Under the pieces are notes generated by a model, which searched no databases, was not told the origin of the DNA, and was given only the letters and a program-made list of their open reading frames with translations. The position numbers and the translations under genes were made by a program. 40,854 bases of DNA from Octopus bimaculoides (Eukaryota). The stretch lies in NCBI RefSeq assembly GCF_001194135.2, contig NC_068998.1:50486451-50527304 (forward strand), written 5' to 3'. Of the stretch, positions 1-10,714 are shown in pieces. How positions within the stretch are numbered: the stretch's first letter is position 1; the number at the start of each line of letters is the position of its first letter.

Positions 1-5
1 TATAT

Positions 6-80
6 GGGAGAATATACGAAAGAAACAACGGACGAAGACAGGTGGTGTAAACAACAAATGGATGTATTAGTTTAACGCTC
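6..80 (-). mobile_element. Family E 3' tail fragment (hammerhead part absent)
   Basis: GGGAGAATATACGAAAGAAACAACGGACGAAGACAGGTGGTGTAAACAACAAATGGATGTATTAGTTTAACGCTC closely parallels 5411-5486. Confidence 0.7.
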
Positions 81-130
81 ATGTATGTGTATGGATTGTA
101 TGCATACATATGTCTGTGTATATATATATG

Positions 131-205
131 GTGGCACTCCGTCGGTTACGACGACGAGGGTTCCAGTTGATCCGAAATCAACGGAACAGCCTGTTTGTGA
201 AAGTG
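131..205 (+). repeat. Interspersed repeat family D fragment
   Basis: 131-174 matches the reverse complement of 21554-21597 at 43 of 44 positions. Confidence 0.8.
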
Positions 206-898
206 ATCACTGTTCCTTCTTCACATAGAGACTAAAGAGAAGCCATATTACCAAAACAAACACACTTTTCTAATGCCATCCCCTGCCAGTTTACGTTCAT
301 TTTTATCGTTCAACAATATATTTAATAACCATCTTCTTATTCTGTTTATTTTATCTCATTCCAGCCTCATTTCACCCGTTTATATTAATATATTAATGAT
401 ACTGCATCGAGGCTAAATTTACGTTTTTAAATCGTATTTTGTATAAAATTAATTATAATGTTCTTGTCGTGGTTTCTGTAAGTATAAGAAATATAACCGG
501 TTTTCAGCAATTGTTTCTAACGTACAAGATATGTTTGTTTTTGTTTTTTTGTTCTGTTCTGCGAATCAGTAAGATGATAGCAGCCGTTATTATTAGGAAT
601 GAATTCTCAGCCTCACCAGCTGCAACAGACTGAAATCCTCGTCCGCAATAATAAAGAATAAATTGTTTTCCTAGAAATATGGAATATTTGATGGAAATGA
701 GAAACTCCTTTTCAAACTTTCTGAAGCAGAGCCAGAATAAAAAATAGCAAATCATATGTTAGAGAAAATAAATACTGTAGCATGCGGAGTAGGCGCGCTT
801 TTAAATAACAAACTACTTGAAAAGGGGAAATATGTCTACATACGACGACAATACAATAGCAATGAGAACTGCAGTAAACAACAACAGTAAATGCAAGG

Positions 899-960
899 GG
901 AAGAAGAAGAAGAAGAAGAAGGAGGAGGAGGAGGAGGAGGAGGAGGAGAAGGAGGAGGAA
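899..960 (+). repeat. (GAA)n/(GAG)n polypurine tract
   Basis: Direct reading. Confidence 0.95.
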
Positions 961-2094
961 AGCAGAAATAATCCTATAATAACAGCTACATTCAGAACGA
1001 TTTAAAAAATATGTGAATATATACGCATAATATCAATACTTCGGAAATATACATAGCATATAAAACCTTGGGGGCAGTGATATCAGCTACAGCAGCAGTA
1101 GCAGTAGACGTAGTAGCAAGAGTGCCAGCCAGCATCTATTTTTTTGGTGCAAGCTTTGAAACTGTGATATGCACCCTGTAGAAATCGAAAAACAGATTAA
1201 GTCAAATACATGGTTCATCAACGATCTCATATGTTCACCTCGTATCCTAATTTGTCTAACTAATCACGTTACGAAAATGAGGCAATTATACAATTATGCT
1301 GTTAATTAATAAATTTCGAAAACCAAACAAAAAATTTAGCTCTGGATATTTTCAAATTTAGTTACAAGTATTTCAATTAAAATTTTGTAATTTATCGATT
1401 TCCATTGTTTTAATTACTACGTTATAGTACATAAACAAACCGCACTGGTTTTCCAAAGTTCATCAATGTAAACGACAAACATGGAACAAAGATACACACA
1501 CAAGGTATATATAAACACACCTGCTAATACAAGCACCGACATACATAAACACAAATGCATATAAAAAGCCACATGCACATCGAAACAACTACATACATGC
1601 AAGCATACACATAGATTCTTGGTTTCTAGTCAAAACGAAATGTGAATATATTTAATTTTTATCTAATTGTATCTGAAGAAACGGGAATTTATTCATAGTC
1701 TAAATGAATTTAGAAATATTCTGATGCATTTTTTAACTGGTATTGTCAGATGAATACATAGAATATTCATGTTCTTTTGTTTTTATTTTTCAGCAAAATA
1801 TTGACTACCTTTTCGTTGCCTCCATTGGTTGTTCAGTCCTCCGTACGGGAGGAGTTACACTATTTTGTTACATGGATATCTGTACTCTCTACTCTTGTCA
1901 CATTTTGCCAAATTAATCTTAACTTATGCTATACCGTGCTAATGCAGCAAATAGAGATATTCTGGACCGCACACTTACACATGCACACGTCAAGGTCACC
2001 AGCCCCTTTCCACACGCACATACACGCTCTCACATACACACGCAGGCGAATCTTCGTGATGGAATCACCACTACAATTTTTTATCTCCCCTTCT

Positions 2095-2162
2095 TCCTAG
2101 CTCTCATGTCTGACCACCTTTGTCCGGCATTCGCCATGATTGATCACTAGCCAATAAACCTT

Positions 2163-2199
<37 letters not shown>

Positions 2200-2350
2200 T
2201 TATTTTCCTGTTCCTTTCTGTTGAAGAGCGTAGGCTCGAAACGTAAAAGACTTTCTAACTTCCCGAGCTAATTAAACTAATGCATCTGTTTGTTGTTTAC
2301 AAACCTGTCTACGTTTTTTGTTTTGTGTTTTTTGTAAATTCCAGCTATAT
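2095..2350 (+). mobile_element. Short hammerhead-bearing repeat (family E; probable Penelope-like element terminus or non-autonomous derivative)
   Basis: The hammerhead motif is followed by a tail (GACTTTC...CCCGAGC...ACTAAT...TTTGTTGTTTACA..CCTGTC) shared with the copies at 6-80, 5411-5568 and 19640-19800. The 5' boundary is uncertain. Confidence 0.6.
2214..2249 (+). ncRNA. Minimal type-I hammerhead-ribozyme-like motif (Penelope-like-element type)
   Basis: CTTT-CTGTTGA-A-GAGC-GTAG-GCTC-GAA-ACGT-A-AAAG. Stem I is CTTT/AAAG, the core is CUGUUGA, stem II is GAGC/GCTC, followed by GAA, palindromic ACGT stem III and a GUA cleavage triplet. Confidence 0.65.
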
Positions 2351-2914
2351 ATTATATGTGTGTGTGTGTGTGTGTGTATGTGTGTGTGTGTGTGTGAGTA
2401 TGAGTGTGCGTACGTATGTATGTATATATGTGTGCGTGCCTGCGTGTATATGTATGTATTGAGGATAATTACCATTAGTTGAATGACCATGATATTTCAA
2501 CACAGACAAAGTGTTTTAAAAATATATTATAAAGGAAATGTCAAATACAATGTTATATGACTCTATTTCTCCATTACAGCTAATTAAAATGCACAGTAAC
2601 TAATTAAAACATATCAGATTCATTAAAACCTTACATCTTGATTTAAACGTCTAATCAAACGATACAAATGTAAATGCTTTGAAGAAAGCTGACGAAATAT
2701 AAATCATCATAATGGTTTATATCAGTGGATATCAAATTTCTTTTCCTAGCATGATTTACCTTTTTGTCAGACATAATGTTATGTGTTTCTATAATTAAAA
2801 AAATATATATTCAGTTATATTTTGATTCGTTTTGTTCCTTGAATTGTCGTCACATTAAAGGTCGCCCGAATTAACTCTTGCATTATAACTTCTATGTTTG
2901 AATATACTTGGTTC

Positions 2915-3020
2915 TCATAATCATTCATTACAAATTCTGGCACGAGGACAGAAAGTTCGTCGGATGGTTAAGTTGATTAGATTAGCCCAGTGTTTAACAG
3001 GCACTTGAAAGGATGTAAGG
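2915..3020 (-). mobile_element. SINE family A 3' fragment abutting the mariner remnant
   Basis: TGGCACGAGG...TAAGTTGATTAGATTAGCCCAGTG..AACAGGCACTT..GAAAGGATG parallels 15810-15910. Confidence 0.5.
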
Positions 3021-3028
3021 TTCTAGAA

Positions 3029-3242
3029 CACACCAGTCATTTCAACAAGTTCACTGATTATTCGGTGACGGTCCTCCAAAAAAGTCATCATTCCTAGCGC
3101 CTGAAAATCACTTGTAAGCTTGTGTTTTACTCATTGCAACATCATTGGAAGCTGTTTGAAGCATGCCAATTATTTCGGCCGCCGTTTACCCCAGCTTTAA
3201 GCATAATTTCACGGGAACACACAGTTCCTTCGTTTCAGCCAT
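3029..3242 (-). pseudogene. Mariner transposase N-terminal pseudogene fragment
   Basis: In-frame stops at 3188-3186 (TAA at the usual K of LGK) and 3110-3108 (TGA at the usual W of YxWF). The 37-nt offset to the DRHRIISELVEMTGV segment is a frameshift. No DD34D catalytic region is present. Confidence 0.8.
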
Positions 3243-3427
3243 TGCCAAAATCGACAAATAGGATGGAAGCACTGAAAAACAAAAACGCACCACGTAGCAG
3301 TACGACGCCAGTCGCAGACTGATTCCTGAGGATCGAATCAAGTGGCTTCTAGCTGCGGAAGAGCCTGAAGTACAATGGCCTTGTCCCACAGAGTATGTTT
3401 CCCACTACCTTTGGGTACCTCCGCGTA
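3029..3427 (-). mobile_element. Decayed mariner (Tc1/mariner) DNA transposon, 5' end with N-terminal transposase remnant
   Basis: Minus strand from ATG at 3242 reads MAETKELCVPVKLCLKLG*TAAEIIGMLQTASNDVAMSKTQAYK*FS, matching the mariner N-terminal pattern (KFCxKLGKTAxE...ML..A...AMSKTQxYxWF). After a frameshift and deletion it reads DRHRIISELVEMTGV (3073-3029), like the second mariner HTH. The upstream end TACGCGGAGGTACCCAAAGGTAG resembles a mariner TIR start and abuts (TA)n. Confidence 0.85.
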
Positions 3428-3474
3428 TATATATATATATATATATATATATGTTATATGTGTGTGTATATTTA

Positions 3475-3541
<67 letters not shown>

Positions 3542-3598
3542 AGGGAGAGAGAGAGAGAGAGGGGGGGAGAGAGAGAGAGAGAGAAATATATATGTATA
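3426..3598. repeat. Compound (TA)(TG)(CT)(TA)(GA) microsatellite
   Basis: Direct reading. Confidence 0.95.
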
Positions 3599-4233
3599 GG
3601 TGCATGTATAGTGGACATTTATCTGAGTATGTTAGCATTTGCTTCTTATGATTCAGTCTATATTCCAAACGTAGCCGTGTTCAACTTTTGTTTTCTCTTT
3701 TTCCATGCCAAATAAATTGAATACAAATTTAAGACCCGGGGTCGAGTCAACGAAAGGTTTCTTTTCCCGCTATCCTTTATAACATAATCTCTATATTAGA
3801 CATTAAGATAATTTCCACATTTTAAAATCCATTCCTGTACCTTTATTCATATACTTTGTCTATTTCAAGGTAAGATGCTGTCACTTAATAGCATTTCAAC
3901 CTATTTTCCCTACATAAACTTTGGGCTTCACTGGATATTTCACTCAGCGATTAGCCATAGAAATATCGATTATTGAAAAAAACTTTTTGCATAAAATAAA
4001 GCAATTGATATGATTTTGAGATTTTTTCAAAACTTTTTCGTACTCTTGATTGCTCTTATTGCTGAACGGAAATAAGAAGCTTAAGAAAACAGCGCGCAGT
4101 GGATTGTGTTTTCTTAAGTTTTAAAAACACACTCAGGCAAAAAGGAAGCACAACTTTTTTGCTTTTGGCTTGTTTTTAATCACCAACACTGTTAGTACTT
4201 GACAGTTCATATTGATAGATGAAGTGGAAAATA

Positions 4234-4314
4234 TATATGTATGTATATACACATATATATATACATACATGTATATGTGATGTGTACATCATTTACATAT
4301 ATATACACACATAT

Positions 4315-4367
<53 letters not shown>

Positions 4368-4625
4368 GGTGTAAGTGTGTATGCGAATGTGTGTGTATGT
4401 ATAATTGAATGTTTATTCATATACCTACAAACACAAACCATGCACATGCTTATATANNNNNNNNNNTATATACACACATACATATATATGCATATGTATA
4501 TATGCATTTGTACATACACATAGAAATACACACATACACACGCATGTATATATATATATATGTGTGTGTGTGTGTATGTATGTATATATATGTATGTATG
4601 TATGTACGTATGCATGTATGTATAT
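4234..4625. repeat. Compound TA/CA/TG/TATG microsatellite
   Basis: Direct reading; includes the 10-N gap at 4457-4466. Confidence 0.9.
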
Positions 4626-5079
4626 AGGGAGAGAAGTAGGTGTATATATGTGTTTGAAAATACATAAAATATCTGTTATTTATTTTTCTTATATCTTCGC
4701 CTTCTTCAGTCTAAACTGCGGCAATTTTTTTTTTTTTGAATTGTTGTTGTTGTTGTGAATTCATGTTAAATACGAAAGCTGCAATAAACTCATCTCTGTA
4801 TTTTGAATGTAAACATAGAATGAGTAAGGAATCTTACTAGGAAGTAAGATAATCAATAATTTGCAATTATAGAAGTAGTGAACACCAATATGAAACATTT
4901 AATTTAAGTTTCGCACCAAGTGAATTATAGTTCCTGTCTCGGAGACAAGTCATTTGCGATCTTGCAAATAAGAGATTGTGTATATCGTTTTAATTTTTTT
5001 GCTTGGAGTTTCAGAGTTTAGTTTATTTTTAACGTTTCCTTGCTCCCTAACAATTTTGTAAGGTAAATAATTATGTGAA

Positions 5080-5228
5080 GGCTTCGCAACGCAGAAAGGT
5101 TTGCTCCACGGTTACATGGGTCCGAAATCAGTTCGACTATGTATCACGTTGGGTAAATTCTTTCTTACTATATAATCTCAGGCCGACTAAATTTGACGGA
5201 AACTGAAAACATGCCTATCGTGTTTATA
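5080..5228 (+). mobile_element. SINE family B, highly diverged
   Basis: TTTGCTCC..ACATGGGTCCG..CAGT..CTCAGGCCGACTAAA..GACGGAAACTGAAA..GCCTATCGT blocks. Confidence 0.55.
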
Positions 5229-5410
5229 TGTATATATATATACGCGTATCAGAAGGGATGACCACTAGGTGGACATCGAATATGCTAGTATGAGGTCATC
5301 AACGACCCAATCACAAAACAAATCATTATCAAATGTTTATATGCTAGACTACTGGTTTTAAATTGAAATTAATATTCAGTTTATCACCTTCAGTATATAT
5401 ATATATATAT

Positions 5411-5568
5411 GGGAGAATATACAAAAAATAACAACAGACGAGGACAGGTGGTGTGAATAACAAAAGTATATATTAGTATGACGCTCGGGAATACGGAAAG
5501 TCTTTGACGTTTCGAGCTACGCTCTTCAACAGAAAGAATACGGAGACAAGGAGAAAAACACGGAGAAA
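5411..5568 (-). mobile_element. Short hammerhead-bearing repeat (family E), flanked by (TA)n on both sides
   Basis: The reverse complement aligns by eye to 2205-2345. Its GGGAGAATATAC...GACAGGTGGTGT...TATTAGT..ACGCTC portion matches 6-80. Confidence 0.7.
5501..5537 (-). ncRNA. Minimal type-I hammerhead-ribozyme-like motif (Penelope-like-element type)
   Basis: Minus strand TCTTT-CTGTTGA-A-GAGC-GTA-GCTC-GAA-ACGT-C-AAAGA. It has a 5-bp stem I, a 4-bp stem II, palindromic ACGT stem III and a GUC cleavage triplet. Confidence 0.7.
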
Positions 5569-5581
5569 AAATATATATATA

Positions 5582-5880
5582 TGGCTCATTCGTTAGAGCG
5601 TCGGGCTTCTGATCGTGAGAGTGTCAGTTCGATTCCTGGACCGGGCTGCGTGCTGTGTTCTTAAGCAAGACACTTTATCTCACGTTGCTCCAGTTAGCTG
5701 TAGAAATAAGTTGCGACATCACTGGCGCCAAGCTGTATCGGCCCCTTTGCCTTGGATAACATCGGTGGTGTGGAGAGGGGAGGCTGATGTGCATGGGTGA
5801 CTGCTGGCTTTCTACAAACAACCTTGCTCGGACTTTCTGGGTGCAATCCCATGGTCAGTCATGACCGAAGATGGTCTCCT
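5582..5880 (+). mobile_element. tRNA-derived SINE (family C), near full length
   Basis: A-box-like TGGCTCATTCGTTAG and B-box GTTCGATTCC (5627-5636), then GTGTTCTTAAGCAAGACACTTTATCTCACGTTGCTCCAG. The body is homologous to 24474-24728 in the opposite orientation. Confidence 0.8.
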
Positions 5881-6704
5881 CAGTGATGTAAAATGCGAAA
5901 CGAATTGCCGGAAAACCTTTTTCTTTTTCACGCTTTGATAAATCTGCCAAACCATAGAGATTGTCTCTTTCTTTGAAAAATGTGAATTGCTAAAAGTTTA
6001 AGTTAAACGGCAGCAGGATTTGAACTTGGAACATCAATAGGAAGGAATATTATCGCTGGATTATTCTGATCCGTGGGATACTTAGAACAAATACTTACTG
6101 AAATCAATCTGTGTGATAATAAACTTTGTGGTCAGAATTTATGTGCGGCCACAGTCTAATATCTGGAATCTATCATGAAATAATTAAATAGTAAACGAAC
6201 AATGACGTAATTGAACATCATAAAACTCTAAAAGCTTCCTTGTGTAAACAAACATTTTTAAAATTTTTATTTTGTGTTTTCCACTGAAGAAAGAATCACA
6301 TTTTCGATAAAATTGATTATTTTCAAAAACAGATGGCTGACGCCCTTATCTCTTGCGTTTATATTTCTTGCAAGGAATTATCACACTGTTCTAATCAATG
6401 TATTCAACCATTATAGAGATACTGAGAAACATTGCAGATTTTATGTATTTTAAGCAACGTTTTTACGGAAATTCCCCACATGTAAAATTCGTTCACTATA
6501 CAAGGTTTTCTAGTGTAATCAATCATAAATTTTTACCGCCTGTTAAACAAATCAGGATATCTGAGAACCGAGCATAAACAGTTCTTACGTTGCGTGTTAC
6601 AAATTGTAGAATTATACTTAGTGAAGCAGGAAATTTAGATCCATATTTCGATAAAACTAATGTCAAATTTATCAACAATTCATGATTAGCTGAACGATGC
6701 TTAT

Positions 6705-6709
6705 TATTA

Positions 6710-6776
<67 letters not shown>
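6705..6776. repeat. (ATT)n microsatellite
   Basis: Direct reading. Confidence 0.95.
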
Positions 6777-7122
6777 CACTTGAAAAGAAGAAAGTCGACT
6801 TAAGAATATTATTGCTTGTTGAATGCCCTTGCGGTTTTCAGAATTTAATTTTGCGCCAAAAATGTCCGACCTCCTACAAAGTTCATTGACATACTTCTTA
6901 GGTATGTCCATTGCTGCATGGAGGAAAATACGTTTGGCAAATATATAGCAACTGCACAAAATAATGGTGCAACCATCAACAGTGACTACCTATACTTGCA
7001 CTTTGGAAATATGATTGTATCAACTCAGACCCCGTTACCCTTTATTTTTTCAGTTCTATTTTTCTAAAGATATCCAGACGAATAAATAAACATGGCTATA
7101 GTTCAATGATCATAGACAGAAG

Positions 7123-7340
7123 ACTGCGAGCTGGCAACATCGTTACTACATCAGCAAAATGCATAGCGGTATTTTGCTCATATCTACCTTCTGAGTTCAA
7201 ATTCCGCCGAGGTTGACTTCACCATTCATTTACTTTGTATTCCATAAAATAAGTCCCAACGAGTACTGGAAGTCGATGTGATCGACTTACCCCTTCCTTC
7301 TCGAAATTGTTGGCCTTGTGCAAAAATTTGAAACCAATTA
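7123..7340 (+). mobile_element. SINE family A, full-length diverged copy
   Basis: GCGAGCTGGC head, TTCTGAGTTCAAATTCCGCCGAGGTTGAC core and GTCGATGTGATCGACT...GGCCTTGTGC tail, shared with other family A copies in the window. Confidence 0.8.
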
Positions 7341-10300
7341 CTATACTGACCACACGCAATATTTACATAAACAAAAATTAATCGGCCGACAATTGGAACT
7401 GAAATCCTAGAGATATGAAGCAACACATTGGTAGAACAACATAACACCAAATGGCTTCTATTTGACTCCATTCTTCTCACCAAAAATCCCACGAATGTCC
7501 TCCTCTTTATAATAATTGATTTCAACTGCGTTTACTTCCACCATCTTCTACACACAAACGAAACTTGTTTACTAAATTATTGCAATACAAATTACTTCAA
7601 AAATAATTAAGATATCGTTCTTTTTAAATTTTTATACAATATTTAAGAATAACAAAAAATATTAGACATTAAAATTATTGCAAGTTTAAGGAGGAATCCA
7701 TAATTAAGTTTTGATTACAAAACAAGAAAATCACAATAATAATTAAACAGAAAAAATATACTGTAAAGAAACCAAAAAGAAGTGTGCTGGAGCTGTAAAT
7801 TAGCTGTAAAAGCATAGGCAGACTGTCCACATGTAGCTTGCTTCAATTACTGAAAGATTTAGTGCTGGGAGAAAAATTGCACAACATGGTGTAAACGTCA
7901 ATTAAGTAAAGCATGCATTACGATTGGGTAGAAATAATTAAATGCGTGCTTAAATTTCGAATACGCACACAAGCTCCCACACTCGCACACACACACATGC
8001 ATAGATGTATATATATATATGTGTGTGTATGTATGTGTGTGTGTGTGTGTGTCTGTGTGTGTCTGTCTTTCTGTATATATGTGTATATGTATATATGCAT
8101 ATATAGGTATATATATATATTTGTATGTGCGTGCTAAGGTGTGTGTATGCGTGTGTGTGCACGCGCTTGAGTGTGTGAGTTTTAAATACAGGTTTACATC
8201 AAACTTGAAAATCGTTAGTGGAGAAAGCACACAATACGTGTGTTGCATTTATTTCTTTCCAAAAAACGTATAAGAACGCTTGACAGAATTATCAAAAAAT
8301 AATGTTTAAATGTGTATGTGTATAGATGCGGGTATGTGAGGGTGTATACGCGGGTAGGTATAGGACGTCTATCATTGAGGTTTTCCGATCGGCAGAAAGA
8401 ACGTTCTTTCGTGTCAGTGAATTTCTGGAGTCTCTAGATTTCACTGTCAGATCAATAGATCGTTTTATCAACTATACTTTGATGTCATGGTATAATAGTT
8501 CTTCCTCTAATTATTATAATGAATTTCATGGATTAAATTTATTTTAATGAAATTTCAATTAATTTCACTGAGTATAAATTTCACACACTCACACACATAT
8601 ACACTCACACANNNNNNNNNNNNNNNNNNNNNNNNNNNNNNNNNNNNNNNNNNNNNNNNNNNNNNNNNNNNNNNNNNNNNNNNNNNNNNNNNNNNNNNNN
8701 NNNNNNNNNNNNNNNNNNNNNNNNNNNNNNNNNNNNNNNNNNNNNNNNNNNNNNNNNNNNNNNNNNNNNNNNNNNNNNNNNNNNNNNNNNNNNNNNNNNN
8801 NNNNNNNNNNNNNNNNNNNNNNNNNNNNNNNNNNNNNNNNNNNNNNNNNNNNNNNNNNNNNNNNNNNNNNNNNNNNNNNNNNNNNNNNNNNNNNNNNNNN
8901 NNNNNNNNNNNNNNNNNNNNNNNNNNNNNNNNNNNNNNNNNNNNNNNNNNNNNNNNNNNNNNNNNNNNNNNNNNNNNNNNNNNNNNNNNNNNNNNNNNNN
9001 NNNNNNNNNNNNNNNNNNNNNNNNNNNNNNNNNNNNNNNNNNNNNNNNNNNNNNNNNNNNNNNNNNNNNNNNNNNNNNNNNNNNNNNNNNNNNNNNNNNN
9101 NNNNNNNNNNNNNNNNNNNNNNNNNNNNNNNNNNNNNNNNNNNNNNNNNNNNNNNNNNNNNNNNNNNNNNNNNNNNNNNNNNNNNNNNNNNNNNNNNNNN
9201 NNNNNNNNNNNNNNNNNNNNNNNNNNNNNNNNNNNNNNNNNNNNNNNNNNNNNNNNNNNNNNNNNNNNNNNNNNNNNNNNNNNNNNNNNNNNNNNNNNNN
9301 NNNNNNNNNNNNNNNNNNNNNNNNNNNNNNNNNNNNNNNNNNNNNNNNNNNNNNNNNNNNNNNNNNNNNNNNNNNNNNNNNNNNNNNNNNNNNNNNNNNN
9401 NNNNNNNNNNNNNNNNNNNNNNNNNNNNNNNNNNNNNNNNNNNNNNNNNNNNNNNNNNNNNNNNNNNNNNNNNNNNNNNNNNNNNNNNNNNNNNNNNNNN
9501 NNNNNNNNNNNNNNNNNNNNNNNNNNNNNNNNNNNNNNNNNNNNNNNNNNNNNNNNNNNNNNNNNNNNNNNNNNNNNNNNNNNNNNNNNNNNNNNNNNNN
9601 NNATATATATATATATATATATATATATACGTACATTCAAATGCACACATATGTTCATATATTGACTTATGTATTTGGATACATTTTAACAGAAGTTTCC
9701 AATTCATTCTCCTGCTTAATATTCTAGTTTGTATACTTGCTGAATTCTCGCCACATTATCAGAATAAGAACAGACTCCATTGTTATGAATATGAGTCGCA
9801 TAAAATCAGGATAATCACAAAGCCAAGCGTTGATAGTTTGAATGTTATATATATAAGTGTGTGTGTTTGTGTGTGTGTCTGAAGTGTATATGTTATTATA
9901 TAGACGTCCAGCTGAACACCTCCTCCTGCAGAATAATGTTTCTGTATCTGTCATGATATTAATTAGGGGTGACCAAAGGGTTGAAGTTTATGCGTTAGAT
10001 CAAAGAGAAACGAACAACTATACTTATCTGAATTAGCAGTTTGAACATACCAATATGTACAATGGGGTATAATATGGCCAACTATAAAAAGTGGCATAGA
10101 TAACAGTAAGCCAGCTACACTGACTATATATAAATATGTATGTATGTGCGTATTATACATAAATATAATCGAATCTCAGTCTTATAGGACATATTTGTCT
10201 GCTCTGCCGTAGAGATACATTTTTACCTAGCAGTGAAAACGCTAAACACTCCCACGCCATTTTCTGAGGAGAATCTATGCTTTTAAATAAATGATAACAG

Positions 10301-10621
10301 CGTCAAACGAAGGAGCTACGGTAGAATATGGCTAACAGTGATGACTTGGCGGAGAAATATTTGAAGTCTTAATACCAAAGCTCGTCCTTATTGCTGTCGT
10401 TGTTTTTCTTGTTGTTATTGCTGTTGTTGCTACCGCTGTTTTAAATCTTATCCCAAGTTTAGCTGTAATCAAAAAATTATTCCAAATGTGACCGCTTCAT
10501 CTGGCTGTTTATCAGTTATTGCACTCTTAAATGTAACTTCCTTTATTTAATATTGAATGTATGATTTGTGGAGTACCGCTCTGCTATTTGTAGCAAATTG
10601 GAGGTGCAGACGTACGTGCGC

Positions 10622-10624
<3 letters not shown>

Positions 10625-10711
<87 letters not shown>
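10625..10711. repeat. (GT)n microsatellite
   Basis: Direct reading. Confidence 0.95.

Positions 10712-10714
<3 letters not shown>

Noticed and set aside
817-1005. ORF with poly-K/poly-E
   Set aside because: Translation of a (GAA)/(GAG) microsatellite; no splice or homology support.
5582-5640. tRNA gene
   Set aside because: It has A- and B-box-like motifs but no complete cloverleaf, and it continues into a multicopy SINE body, so it is a SINE head.
6780-6959. Possible R4/Dong LINE C-terminus next to (TAA)n
   Set aside because: The peptide resemblance is too weak, and the expected endonuclease motifs are absent.
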